Shown one piece after another: positions 24,723-36,399 of a DNA stretch of 64,000 nt (the first letter of the stretch is position 1; every line of letters starts with the position of its first letter). This DNA comes from Hemiscyllium ocellatum (lineage: Eukaryota). A program made the position numbers and the translations under genes. Under the pieces are notes generated by a model. That model worked only from the letters and a program-made list of their open reading frames with translations, was not told the origin of the DNA and searched no databases. Location: the NCBI RefSeq assembly GCF_020745735.1, contig NC_083448.1:19342006-19406005 (forward strand), read 5' to 3'.

Positions 24723-25719
24723 GTGATTCACTTTGGAATGAGTAATAGGAATGCAGAGTACTGGGCTAATGGTAAGATTCTTGGTTGTGTAGATGAGCAG
24801 AGAAATCTTGGTGTCCAGGTACATAGATCCTTGAAAGTTGCCACCCAGGTTGATAGTGTTGTTAAGAAGGCATATGGTGTACTACCTTTTGTTGGTAGAG
24901 GGACTGAGTTTCAGAACTATGAGATCATGTTGCAGCTGTACATAACTTTGGTGCAGCCAAACTTGGAGTATTGCATACAGTTCTGGGCACTGCATTATGG
25001 AAGCTTTGGAAAGGGTTCAGAGGAGATTTACCAGGATGTTGCCTGGTATGGAGGGAAGGTATTATGAGTAAAGGTTGAGGGGCTTGAGGCTGTTTTGTCA
25101 GAGAGAAGAAGGTTGAGAGGTGACTTTAGTGAGACATGTAAGATAATCAGAGGATTAGATAGGGTGGACAGTGAGAGCCTTTTTCCTTGGATGGTGACGG
25201 CTAGCATGAGGGACATAACTTTAAATTGAGGGGAGATCAATATAGGACAGATGTTAGAGGTAGTTTCTTTACTCAAAGAGTAGTCGGGGCGTGGAACGCA
25301 CTGCCTGCAGCAGTAGTAGTAGATTTGCCAACTTTAAGAGCATTTAGATGGTCACTGGATAGGCATATGGATGAGAATGGAATAGTGTGGGTTAGATGGG
25401 CTTCAGATTGGTTCCACAGATCAGCGCAACATCAAAGGCTGAAGGGCCTGTATTGTGCTGTAATGTTCTATGTTCTACGTTCTAACTTCTCGTGAGCCTT
25501 GGTTAAACCACACTTCGAATCTTGTGCATAGATCAGGCCTCCAGAATCAAAGAAGGAAACTGAAGCACAGGAGAAGGTGTGAAAAAACCGTTATTAGCAT
25601 GATGCCAAGAGAGAAAGGACACGTTTATCCTGAAAGAATGGAGAGCTTTTCTTCAGAAAATGAGGAGATACCCGATAGAAATCTTTAACGTGAACGTGTT
25701 GTTATATCTGTAGATATTC

Positions 25720-26110
25720 TTTGGAGCAGGGATAGACATGACTGTGGTGTATAAGATTATGAGGAATATGAACAGGGTCAATAGAGAGCAGCTGTTCTCC
25801 TTGGTTGAGTGGTCAGTCACAAAGAGGACATAGTTTTAGGGTAAGGGGCAGAGGAGACGGGGGAATTTGAGAAAAAAACATTTCCTCTTCGCGGATGGTG
25901 AGGATCTAGACTGCACTGCCTGGAAAGGCAGTGGAGGTCAGAAATCTTACAACTTTGAAAAAATATTTGAATGAGCACTTCAATATCATAGCATTCAAGG
26001 ATATAGGACAACTGCAGGAAATTAGGGTGAGCACACTTTTAGTGGTGGTTATGTCAATGCAGACTCAATGGGCCAAAGGATCTGACCTGCACTGCATGAA
26101 TCTTTGATTA
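25720..26110 (+). mobile_element. CR1 3' fragment
   Basis: 'aagattatgaggaatatgaacaggg...gactcaatgggccaaagga' CR1 3' block. Confidence 0.7.
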
Positions 26111-27556
26111 TATGAATGCCTGGTTCATTGTTTTGTTCAGTCCGCTGAAAATTCTTTGAAGGTAATGAAGAAACAACTGGAGATTGTTCATTGAGCACTT
26201 GTCACACAAGAGTTGGAAGGAGCTATGTGACTGAGATATTTATAGCCTCTATTCATAAAGGAGTAAGTTTTGCTTATTTTGCACATGACTGGCTTGTAGC
26301 CACATTGACTGTGAAGACTGTGAAAGGCTTTAACTGGGTCGATATACAGGAGATGTTTTTATTTGAATAGGGGTTGTAAAGATATGTTGATTGTGGTTAC
26401 AGTTACTCAGAGACTCGAAGTTACTGTGGTTACATATATTTTTACATTCATGTTGTACTCTTGAACAATGGATCGCGATGGTAAAGATATTCTTTCCAGC
26501 ACATTCTGGCAAGAAATCTCTCTTGCTCTTCATGTCTGTCACTGAGTTGTGTATTGGAAGCATTTGCAGGTCAATATTTAACCTGTTTCGTCTAATTATA
26601 AATACAGCTTTTTTGGCCATCAAATTCTGTAGTGGAAGTCTGACACAAAGGCAGGGATGCTATCCACACTCCAGCTTCTCATAAATAAAATAGGCATTAG
26701 TCACTGAATTCTGCATGTGAATAGTTTGCAATATAATGATTCAAGTTAACCAGTGGGTCAGTGTTTAAGCCTTCATCTCATCACTTCCTTCTTCCTATTA
26801 GCCTGCACCACTGAACAGTTTTTCTTATTGTCTACAATATTTTATTTCTAAAAAGTGAAAGCTAATGGAAGAAGATAAAAACCATGCTTTTTAGTAATTT
26901 TGTACTTTTTGACTGAAGTTGCTCACAGCAGTGTTGAGGAAGTCACTCTTAAATGTCTTTGGAAAATAGTGCACACACGGTAGCTATTTAGCAGTTGGAA
27001 TATCATTCAATAAAATGCTGTGAAGACCAAGTAATCATATTTGATAACACCATCACCTCTGTGACCTTACCATTAATTTCACTCCCTCCTGCAGCTGCCT
27101 TCTCAAACTTATTCAAACAGTTCATTACCTTAGCACCCATTTTTTGTCAAGGCTGAATTTTCAATTTCTTCATCACAATGATTAACCACTTCCAGTTTCA
27201 CAATATCTTGCCTCTTTCTGCTGCAACCAGTCTCCATATCCTTGTACAACTCAAGAATTCTCAATTCCAATGTGTTCTAAACCAGCCTTTCATTTTCCAC
27301 ATTCCAGTCAATTGAGCTTCAATGGAAAAAAAAACACTTGCAATTCTCTAGCGCCTTTCACAATCACACAATGCACTAATTGCTTTGCAACCAATGATGT
27401 CTATGTTGAAATGTTGTAATGGGGAAAGCATTGGAACAATTTGTGAATAACATTTCCCCTAAACATCGTGACTTGGAGGTGCCTGTGTTGCCCAGGGTTG
27501 GACAAAATTAAAAATCACACAACATCAGGTTATAGTCCGACAGGTTTATTTGGAAG

Positions 27557-27591
27557 CACTAGCTTTCAGAGCGCTGCTCCTTCATCAGATG
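27557..27591 (-). ncRNA. Minimal hammerhead motif (family C, AGCT palindrome)
   Basis: Reverse strand reads cat-CTGATGA-a-GGAGC-agc-GCTCT-GAAAGCTA-gtg. Confidence 0.6.
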
Positions 27592-29541
27592 GGTGTGGCG
27601 GTTAAGATCATGCTCACTGAATTTATTGTCAAAGGAGTTCAGTGTTATGGAGATGTGATACAGTAAACAATCTTAGATTAAAGCTTTCATCTTTTATAAT
27701 GGCATCTGTCGCAACAGGACAGATTTCTTACAGAAACTCAGCACCCACAGACCAATCAAGTCGGGAACATTCCCGTCACAATGGATGTTTCGGCACACTG
27801 CATCAGCATCCCCCATGATGACAGCATCATTCCTCAATATCAACAACTGCCAATCTCTGAGCACCACGCTACAACTGCTTCATCCCCCAAGTTTTCACCT
27901 TTGACCAGTTCTTCATCCAGACACATGGAACGGTCATGGGGACCAAATTTGCACCTTAATATGCCAATATTTTCTTGCACAAGTTTGAAAAAGACTTCTT
28001 TGCTGCACAGGACCTCCAACTAACACTCTATACCAGATATATTGACAACATTTTCTTCCTCTGGACCCATGATGAGGAAACACTGAAACAATTACCCAGT
28101 GAGTTTCATCCCACCATCAAACTTACTATGGACTACTTTTTAGTATCTGATTCATTCTTGGGACACATGGACCTCCATCAAGGAGGAGTACCTCAGCATG
28201 GCAGTGTATCGCAAAGCCACAGATAATCTCACAATGCTACACTTCTCCAGCTTCCACCCAAAACATATTAAAACAGCCATCGCCTTTGGTCAAGCCTTCC
28301 CCATACACAGGATCTGTTGGGATGAGGAGGAATGTTACAGACACTTGAAAGTGCTCATAAGAACAGGGTACGATGCTCAACTCAGTGACCGCCAGTTCTG
28401 ATGTGCCATAGTGAGAAATCGTACTGAGCTCCTCAGGAGACAGACACAGGCTGCATCTGACAGGGTACCCTTTGTTTTCCAATACTTCCCAGGAGTGTAA
28501 AACCGACGCCATGTTCTTCACAGCCTGCAACACATTATCAGTGAGGATGTGCACCTCGCCAAAACCTTCCCCACACCTTCACTTCTCATCTTTAAACAGC
28601 CACCAAACCTTAAATAGATCATGATTTATAGCAAACTGCCCAGCCTTCAGGGCAACAACACCATACAATCCTGCCACAGCAGCCACTGCAAGCCGTGTCA
28701 GGGATTCGACACGGGTAACACTATTACACGTGGGGACATCTCCCATCATAAGTGGCTTAAGTACTCATGTGACCCAGCCAATGTGGTCTACCTCATACGC
28801 TGCAGACAAAGATGCCCTGAGGCATGGTACATTGGCAAGACCAAGCAGACGCTATGACAACGGATAAATGGACACCACACAACAATCACCAGGCAAGAGT
28901 GTTCCCTCCCAGTCACGGAATACTTCCACGGTCCAGGACCTTTGGGTGACCATCTCCAAGGCAGATTTTGGGACAAGCAACAACGCAGAGAGGCTGAGCA
29001 GAAGCTGATAGCCAAGTTTGGTCCACATGGGAATGGCCTCAACTGGAACTTTGGGCTCATGTCACACTACAGGTGACCCCATGACCCCACTGCAACACAC
29101 ACACACACACACACGTGCGCGCGCGCACACACACACACACATACTCCCATATGCATACACAAACACCCCTCGTGCTCACACCAACACACGCACTGTCTCA
29201 CACAGACCCCATCACTGTTTCACGCACAGACTTAACACACACACTCTATCATGTGCAGTCACACCCACACATTCATATGCACACTCAGTCGCTCCAACAT
29301 GTGCACACATATAAGCTAATGGGGTGAATTTGTTTTGCGGAATTACATTTTATTTTGCTCAAAAACTGCATGAATCCATGTAAAACTGTGTAAAACTATA
29401 CAGAGGGTTTACCAGTCTGACAAAAACATTGGGACACAGAAAGACTTCATACCTTCGATTTAAAAAGCTGAGCTATCTTGAGAATGTCATTTAAAATAAG
29501 TTCTGGGATTTACATATTGAAGAACAAAAATCAGCATATCC

Positions 29542-30063
29542 AACTTTCACACTCAGACAACAACTCACTAGAACAAAGGACCCAATAGCCAGCACGAGCC
29601 AAACTAACGTAGTTTACAAAATACCATGCAAGGACTGCACAAAACACTATATAGGACAAACAGGAAGACAGCTAACAATCCACATCCATGAACATCAGCT
29701 AGCCACAAAACGACACGACCAGCTATCCCTAGTAGCCATACACTCAGACAACCAGGAACATGAATTTGACTGGGAAAACACTACCATCATAGGACAAGCC
29801 AGACAGAGAACAGCCAGGGAATTCCTGGAGGCATGGCATTCATCTACAAACTCCATTAACAGACACATAGACCTGGACCCCATATACAAACCACTACAGC
29901 TGAAACTGACACCCGGAAACGGCAAGAACAAACCACTATAAATACCGGAAGAAACATCAAAGCAGCGCTTCACAGGAGGCTCCAATAGCACTGATGATGT
30001 TCCCTAGCCAGGGAACGAAACGTCTGCAGCAAAAACTTCCAGCTCGGCGAGCAGAACCACAAC
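29542..30063 (+). mobile_element. Poseidon-type PLE 3' fragment nested in the Neptune PLE
   Basis: GIY-YIG 'NVVYKIPCKDCTKHYIGQTGRQL'; perfect 12-bp TSD atcagcatatcc at 29530-29541 and 30064-30075. Confidence 0.9.
29988..30027 (+). ncRNA. Minimal hammerhead ribozyme motif, core intact, perfect 7-bp stem II
   Basis: gca-CTGATGA-t-GTTCCCT-agcc-AGGGAAC-GAAACGTC-tgc. Confidence 0.78.
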
Positions 30064-30254
30064 ATCAGCATATCCCATTATAAAAGATGAAACTTTCAAT
30101 CTAAGATTGTTCATTGTATTCCATCTCCATGACACTGGACTCCTTTCGCTGTAAATTCTGTGAGCATGATCTTAACCTCCACAACTATCTGACAAAGAAG
30201 CAGCACTCCGAAAGCTAGTGTTTCCAAATAAACCTGTCAGATGATAACTAACTC

Positions 30255-30430
30255 CATAAACATCAATATGATCATGAGCAGATAATTTGCTATTTGTGCT
30301 GTTGATTGAGGAATAAAGAGTGGCTCAGGTTCCAGGAATAATCTCATCCTCTTCTTCGAAATAGTGTCACTGTATCTTTTATGTTCACCCAAGAGAACAG
30401 ATGGTGCCGTAGTGTAATGCCTCTCCAAGA
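30255..30430 (-). mobile_element. DeuSINE/SacSINE-like core fragment
   Basis: 'ctcttcttcgaaatagtgtcactgtatcttttatgttcacccaagagaacagatgg' Deu-domain-like; similar pieces at about 16575-16760, 40575-40700 and 57470-57760. Confidence 0.6.
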
Positions 30431-30479
30431 GTAATCATTTGCATTACAATGTGTACATCCTCGATTGTTGTGTTCAAAT

Positions 30480-30900
30480 TCTTCAGGGTGTCTTGAACTT
30501 GGAACCAACACTCTGGTGTCCATAGCTTAACAAACATCAAATTAAGCTCATCACTGTCTGTGTTGATCTCAGTTGCTTCTCGGTGCCCTATTGTCTCAAA
30601 GTTAAAATGATCATTCTGCTGTTTCAATCTTATTCAATCCTTCTATCATTTCCTTATTCCCTAAAAACCCTTAGCCAGACCCCTCAATTCCTTTAATTCT
30701 GGCTTTCAGTAAGGTCTCTTCAGTCTTCCTTTGGCCCCAATGTTTTCAGCTGTGACCCAAGTCTGGAATTGCCTCTTTATTCACTTCTTTGTCCTCCCAT
30801 AAGTCACTCCTTTGAGCTGTCTGAACAACATTTTGCCCCAACAAATCCTTGTCTTGCTGAGAGTTAAATTCAGTGTGATGACCACCCTGGGACATTTGAT
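30480..30900 (+). mobile_element. Degenerate L2 3' fragment
   Basis: Parallels 15330-15600 and the L2 'ctgtgctc..cattggctcccgg..ttttaaaattctcatcc' pattern. Confidence 0.5.
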
Positions 30901-31807
30901 TATTTTAAAGGAGGAATGTAAATTCGAGCTTCTGCTCAATTGCTGCACTGTTGAGACACGATGATAACTGAACTTCTTGAGGTCAAGGTCAAATGAACAT
31001 CTGCACTTCTCACCGATGGGAGAGACACAACAAATGCCAGAAGCAACAGCAACTGCTGTCATGTCCCTTAAGTACCAGGAAGCAAAGCTGTCTCCTAAGA
31101 TGGATTTCCTGTCTTTGCTGGGAGAGATGACAAAACCAAGATCTTAAACGCTTCCTTTAGTTCAAGGATTAAATGGACATCTGGCTCTAACATGCTGCCA
31201 AAGGCTGGATGAGTGATAGATCAATTGATTAAATATGTTCATTAAGCAGCATTGCTCACCAAATTATCAAGTACAGAAAAAACTGGAAGGATACAGAGCC
31301 CTTGGAGAGATGGAACAAAACATTCTGGAGCAGCTGTTGCAGTGGGGACGGTTCCATGTGCATGCAAGCAGTTCGTAATCCTGTTTACTTTCAGTAGTCA
31401 AATTCTTCCATCAAGGAATCGATGGAAATCGGATCAGTCAACACAATATTTTGGGAGCAGTGTTCAAACTAATTAATGGTTTGAAGTTGTCAGGTCTGGC
31501 CTGGCTTCTGACAGATTAGAAGCTGTCACAGTCATCTACATTCATTGCTTCCTCTGAAACTGAATTTGCATCGTAATTGAATGCTTTCGGAGTCATTGCA
31601 TGCATGAAAATAAAAAAAATAAAACACGGGTGAACTGTGACCAATGTAAACAAGCAGTGACACGGTTGTTGCTGGATACTTGAACACAACTCTCTTTTCT
31701 GCAAAACTCCAATGAGATATTATTTGATACACAATAGATCTTTTGGAAGTACATTCCTTCCTCACTGCTGAAGGGGAAGAAATAAAAAGTTTTAAATTTT
31801 TGACTTA

Positions 31808-32120
31808 GATCATAGAATCATAAAGTACAGTAGTAGCCCTTCAGCCCATTGAGTCTGCCACAACAAAACTGTCTAAATCCACACTAATCCCACTTTCATG
31901 CGCTTGGCCCATAGCTTTGAATGTAATGATATTTCAAGTGTTCATCCAAGTACTTTTTAAAGATTGCGAGGTTTCCATTTCAACTAATCTCCCAGACGGT
32001 GCATTCCAGATTCCCAACAACTTCTGGGTGAAAAATATTTTCTTCAAATCCCCTCCAAACCTCTCGCTTTTCACCTTAAAATTATCCCGCCTGATTAATG
32101 ACCCTTCAATGAAGAGGAAC
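31808..32120 (-). mobile_element. 5'-truncated CR1 3' end abutting the POLL fragment
   Basis: Reverse CR1 UTR beginning 'atcatagaatcat...gcccttcagccc' and ending 'gacccttcaatgaagaggaacag'. Confidence 0.8.
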
Positions 32121-32136
32121 AGATCCGAGGGACAGA

Positions 32137-32499
32137 GGATTTCTGAAGGATGACCTGGTCAGTCAGGAGGACGATGGGAACCTGAAGAATCATCTGAGGG
32201 CTTGCTGGCTTCCAGGTCCTGGGCACCATCACTGGAGGCTCGACATCATTGTGGTACCATACAGTGAGTTTGTCCCTGCCCTGATGCACTTTACTGGATC
32301 CGTACATTTTAATCGGTCCATGTGGGCTTTGACCAAGACAAAGGGTATGAGCCTTTTAGAGCACTCACTGAACTGCCACGCCCTGCGGAAGCGAAGTGCC
32401 AAAATCACAACAGGAATAATCATCTCTACGACAACCAAACAAGACATCTTTGAACAGCTGGGACTGCCGGATGGGAAGCCACATGAGAGGGTCTGGTGA
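32137..32499 (+). pseudogene. POLL: DNA polymerase lambda C-terminal fragment (last-exon equivalent), decayed
   Basis: Open frame [78 protein letters not shown]...QDIFEQLGLPDGKPHERVW* aligns to human POLL [71 protein letters not shown]; no upstream exons or splice acceptor seen; many CpG-type Arg>Trp/His changes. Confidence 0.9.
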
Positions 32500-32719
32500 C
32501 GCTGCTGCAGATTGGCAGATACCTATTCCGCTGTATTTGTGCATGTGTTACTAAGTTTGATACTGCATCATCCAGGCTAAGGACCACCAGTTCACGTCCA
32601 AGCGCAGGCTGACCTATCTGCTTTCAGCATTTTTAAAAATGTATCTGTAACATGAAATATCTTCATCATCTGTGAGCTTTATGATGTGAGATTACAGAGT
32701 GATTGATCCTTAATCCACA

Positions 32720-33210
32720 GGGTTAGGGAGTAAAACATAGGGAAACACATGGTGGAATGCTATACCTGCATCAACCTGCTGTGTGCGGTTCTGAGGCACG
32801 ATTTTAAGTAAAATGTCAGGGCCTTCGAGCGATTACGAACGGAGGTTTACTGCAGTGGTACCCAGAACTAGGGATTTATGTCGTGATCCTGAAAAAGCCA
32901 TCTTTCTTGTTGAAGATGATTTCTAAGAGATTTAATAGAGATGTTCAAAACATTGGGAGTTTGTGATTGATTCAATCAGTATTTCTATTGGCAGGAAAGT
33001 TGTTATCCAAAGATCATAGATTCATGGTAATTGACGAAAAAAGCAAAAGGGCGTGGTTTTTTAAACATGAGTTGTTGTAATATAGAATGTACTGCCTGAA
33101 AGGAAGTTGAAAGCTGATCCAATAATAACTTTCAGAGTTGCAGGATGGAAATTGCAGGTGATGAACGAACTGGATCACTCTTTCTAAGGGCTAGCTAAAG
33201 ATGTTGGACT
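32720..33210 (+). mobile_element. Old degenerate CR1 3' fragment
   Basis: Faint CR1 pattern 'gagatttaatagagatgttcaaaa..tagaatgtactgcctgaaagg..gatgttggactaaat'. Confidence 0.55.
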
Positions 33211-33419
33211 AAATTACCTCCCACACTTTCTGACCATGCACCTGCTGATTTCCTTCACCTTTTTGGAAGGTTGAATTCCTTTGATCTTGTGAGACCTCCT
33301 TCTTGCTGCACAGCAGCTGTCTTGACACTCCCTGGTATGTGGGTTCCACCCAGTAACTGGGTAGGTCTCCACTCTCCCACACCATCCTCCAGTCTCCAGA
33401 GACAATGTTTTGTGTCAGT

Positions 33420-35075
33420 TCTTATTGTGGAGGAAGAAATGGAGGCAAGAGAACTTGTTTTGAAACTGATGTTTTGGAAACAATTCATATTACACAAGAC
33501 GAAGTGTTGTAGGTCTTCGAAAACATAGAGGTGTATAAATCTGCAGCACCTGATGAAGTGTATTGTGGGAAATTAGGGAGGAAATTGTGGGGCCCATACC
33601 AGAGATACTTTTATCATCCGTAACCAAGGAAAGTGGTGGACGACTGGAGGGTAGCGAATGGTGTGACTCTATTTAAGAAAAGCTGTGAGGAGAAACCTGG
33701 GAACGATTGACCTGTGAGTCTGACATCGGTGTTGGGTATGTTGCTGGAGGTAGTACTGAAAGATAGGATTTACATGCAATTGGAAAGGCAAGAACTGATT
33801 CGGGATAGTCAGCATGGCAGTGTGCGAGGGAAATCATGTCTCACAAGCTTGATTGAGCTTTTTGAGGAAGTAACCAAAAGGATTGATGAGGGAAGTGGGT
33901 AGACCTTGTATACGTGAACTTTAGTAAAGCTTTTAATAAGGTTCCTCATGGTACACTCGTTATTAAAGTTAGATCACATGGGTTTCGGGCAGAGCTTGCC
34001 AATTGGATACAAAATTGGCTTTATGGTGGGAAGCAGAAGGTTGTGGTGGAGAGTTGTTTTTCGGACTGAAGGCCTGTGACCAGCAGTGCTCCACAGGGAC
34101 CAGCACCTTGTCCTCTTTCGTTTGTCATTGATATAAAATGATATGAATGAAAATTCAAGAGGCATGGTTTGTAAATTTGCAGATAACATCAAAATTGGTG
34201 GTGCAGTGGACACTGAAGAAGGTTATCTACGATTACAAAGTGATCTTGATCAATTGGGCCAGTGGCCTGAGGAGTGGCTGATGGAATTTAATTTGGATAA
34301 ATGTGAGGTAGTGCATTTTGGTAAAACCAACAAGGGCAGGACTTTCACAGATATGGTTGGGCCCTGGGTGTGTTGTAGAACAGAGAGATTTAGGGGTTCA
34401 GGTACATATTTCTGTGCAATTTGCATCACATGTAGACAGGGTGGTGAAGGAGATGTTTAGCACATTTGCCTTCATTGCTCAGACCTTTGAGTATAAGAGT
34501 TGGGACATCATGTTGAGATTGTACAAGACATTAGTGAGACCTCTTCTGGAATACTGTGTACAGTTCTGGTCACCATGTTACAGGAAGGATATAATTAAAT
34601 TGGAGAGGGTTCAGAAAAGGTTCATCGGGATGTTACTCGAATGGAACATTTGAGTTATAAAGATAGACCAGGACTTTGTTCATTAGAGTGGAGGAGACTG
34701 AGGAGTGACCTTGTGGAGGTTTACAAAATCATAACGGGCCTAGCTAGGGTGAATAGCAAGGATCTTTTCCCAAGGATGGGGGAGTTTGAAATTAGGGGGC
34801 ATATTTTTAAAGTGAGAGGAGAAAGATTTAAAAAGGACAAGGGTCAACCTTTTTACAGAGAGAGTGGTTTTGTATATGATATGAAATGCCATAGGAAGTG
34901 GTGGATGCAGATCCAATTACAGCATTTCAAAGAAATTAGGATAATTTGGATAAATTTGAAACGGATAGGTTTGTAAGGATTGGAGCCTAACGCAGGCAGG
35001 TGGGACTAGGTTGGTTTGGGAACATGGCGTGGGCTAGTTGGACTGAAGAGTCTGTTTCCGTGCTGTAGGACTTGA
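33420..35075 (+). mobile_element. CR1 ORF2 RT and 3' UTR, frameshifted
   Basis: 'SLTSVLGMLLEVVLKDRIY..GKSCLTSL', 'CKFADNIKIGG', 'LVRPLLEYCVQFWSP'. Confidence 0.92.
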
Positions 35076-35550
35076 TGAGATGCTTTCTACTCACCCTGTG
35101 CACAGTCCTCATAATCATCTACACGTTTATCAGGTCCCTTCTCAGCCTTCTTGCCTTAAAGAAAACAACCCAAGCTTATCGAGACTCTCGTCACAGCTAA
35201 ACTGCTCCATCCCAGCCAACATCCTGGTGAATCTCTTCTGCATGCCCTCCAACGCAATCATGTCCTTCCGACAGTAGAGTGACCCAAACTGCAACTAGTG
35301 TCCAGCTGTGTCCAACTGGACTGCCCTGCATTTATGATTAATGCCACAACTGACAAAGGCAAGTGTCCTGCATGTTTTCTTCACCAGCCTCTTAACCTGT
35401 CCTGCCACCTTTGGGGTGCTTGTCCACACATTCCCTAAGATCTCTCTATTCATCAGAGCTTCCTAGTGTCCTCGGATGTCCTTTTTTTGTTACTTCTTCC
35501 AAAGTACATCGCATCAAAATTTATCAGAGTGAAATTCCAGCTGCCACTGA
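35076..35550 (-). mobile_element. CR1 fragment, antisense
   Basis: Reverse complement of the 'gtggacaagcaccccaaagg...gagcagtttagctg' CR1 block. Confidence 0.7.
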
Positions 35551-35789
35551 CCTGAAGTGGCCTCATAAACCTTGTACTTATAGGCTCTCTATCACTTTGT
35601 TAAGGGCAATAAGTGCTCATGCTAATTGCTAATGCGGCCCATATTTCATGAATCAATAATAAATGGATCATTTATGACAGTCTATTCAGAGTTCCTTTCT
35701 CAACCCATGGGGATCTTGCAGTGAGGAATAAACAATCGTCAAAAAGAGAGGCAAGTAAATGGGAACATCGAGGCAATGTTGAGCGTAAT

Positions 35790-36372
35790 ATCATGGTTGT
35801 GAAATACATCAGACTGATGAAGATCAGCCACTTTAGGAATATTGTGTGCAGTTCTGGTCTCCCTCCTTTCAGAAGGATGTTGTGAAACTTGAAAGGGTTC
35901 AGAAAACATTTACAAGGATGTTGCCAGGGTTGGAGGATCTGAGCTATAGGGAGAGACGGAACAGGCTGGGGCTGTTTTCCCTGGAGCATCGGAGGCTGAG
36001 GGGTGACCTTATAGAGGTTTACAAAATCATGAGGGGCACGGATAGGATAAGTCGACAAAGTCTTTTCCCTGGGGTGGGGGAGTCCAGAACTAGAGGATAT
36101 AGGTTTAAGGTGAGAGGGGAAAGATATAAACCTAAGGGGCAACTTTTTCATGCAGAGGGTGGTGTGTCTTTGGAATGAGCTGCCAGAGAAACTGGTAGAA
36201 GCTGGTATAATTTTAAACAGCATCTGAATAGGTATATGAATAGGAAGAGTTTGGAGAGATATGGGCCGGGTGCTGGCAAATGGGACTAGACTAGGTTCAG
36301 ATTTCTGGTTGGTATGCATGAGTTGGACTGAGAGGTCTGTTTCTATGCTGATCACCTTTATGACCGTGTGAC
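35790..36372 (+). mobile_element. CR1 3' end
   Basis: ORF 'QFWSPSFQKDVVKLERVQKTFTRMLPGLEDLSY..LRGDLIEVYKIM'. Confidence 0.9.
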
Positions 36373-36399
36373 TCTAATTGATGTTAAAAGCTGATTATG

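Larger units (their letters stand above)
18990..25487 (+). mobile_element. Long CR1 ORF2 (endonuclease to RT to 3' UTR) fragmented by four nested insertions
   Basis: EN-like sequence at 19400-20070 ('gggcctttaactttcca' = GxFNFP); RT motifs 'DWRIANVVPLFKKG..NYRP' and '[24 protein letters not shown]' at 22857-24019; 3' part at 24723-25487. Confidence 0.9.
27470..30250 (+). mobile_element. Neptune-type PLE (family C): inverted 5' terminal copy, RT and GIY-YIG remnants, 3' terminal repeat
   Basis: 'LYTRYIDNIFFLWTH' (YIDD-like) and 'SCHSSHCKPC..SCDPANVVYLIRCRQRCPEAWYIGKTKQTL'; 27500-27700 is antisense to 30076-30250. Confidence 0.87.

Noticed and set aside
30385-30627. Protein-like minus ORF (ETIGHREATEINTDSDEL...)
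   Set aside because: It is the antisense reading of a degenerate L2 3' fragment plus SINE.
32137-32499. Functional POLL last exon
   Set aside because: No acceptor tract, no upstream POLL exons seen in the preceding 32 kb, and several non-conservative changes at conserved residues with a CpG-decay signature.
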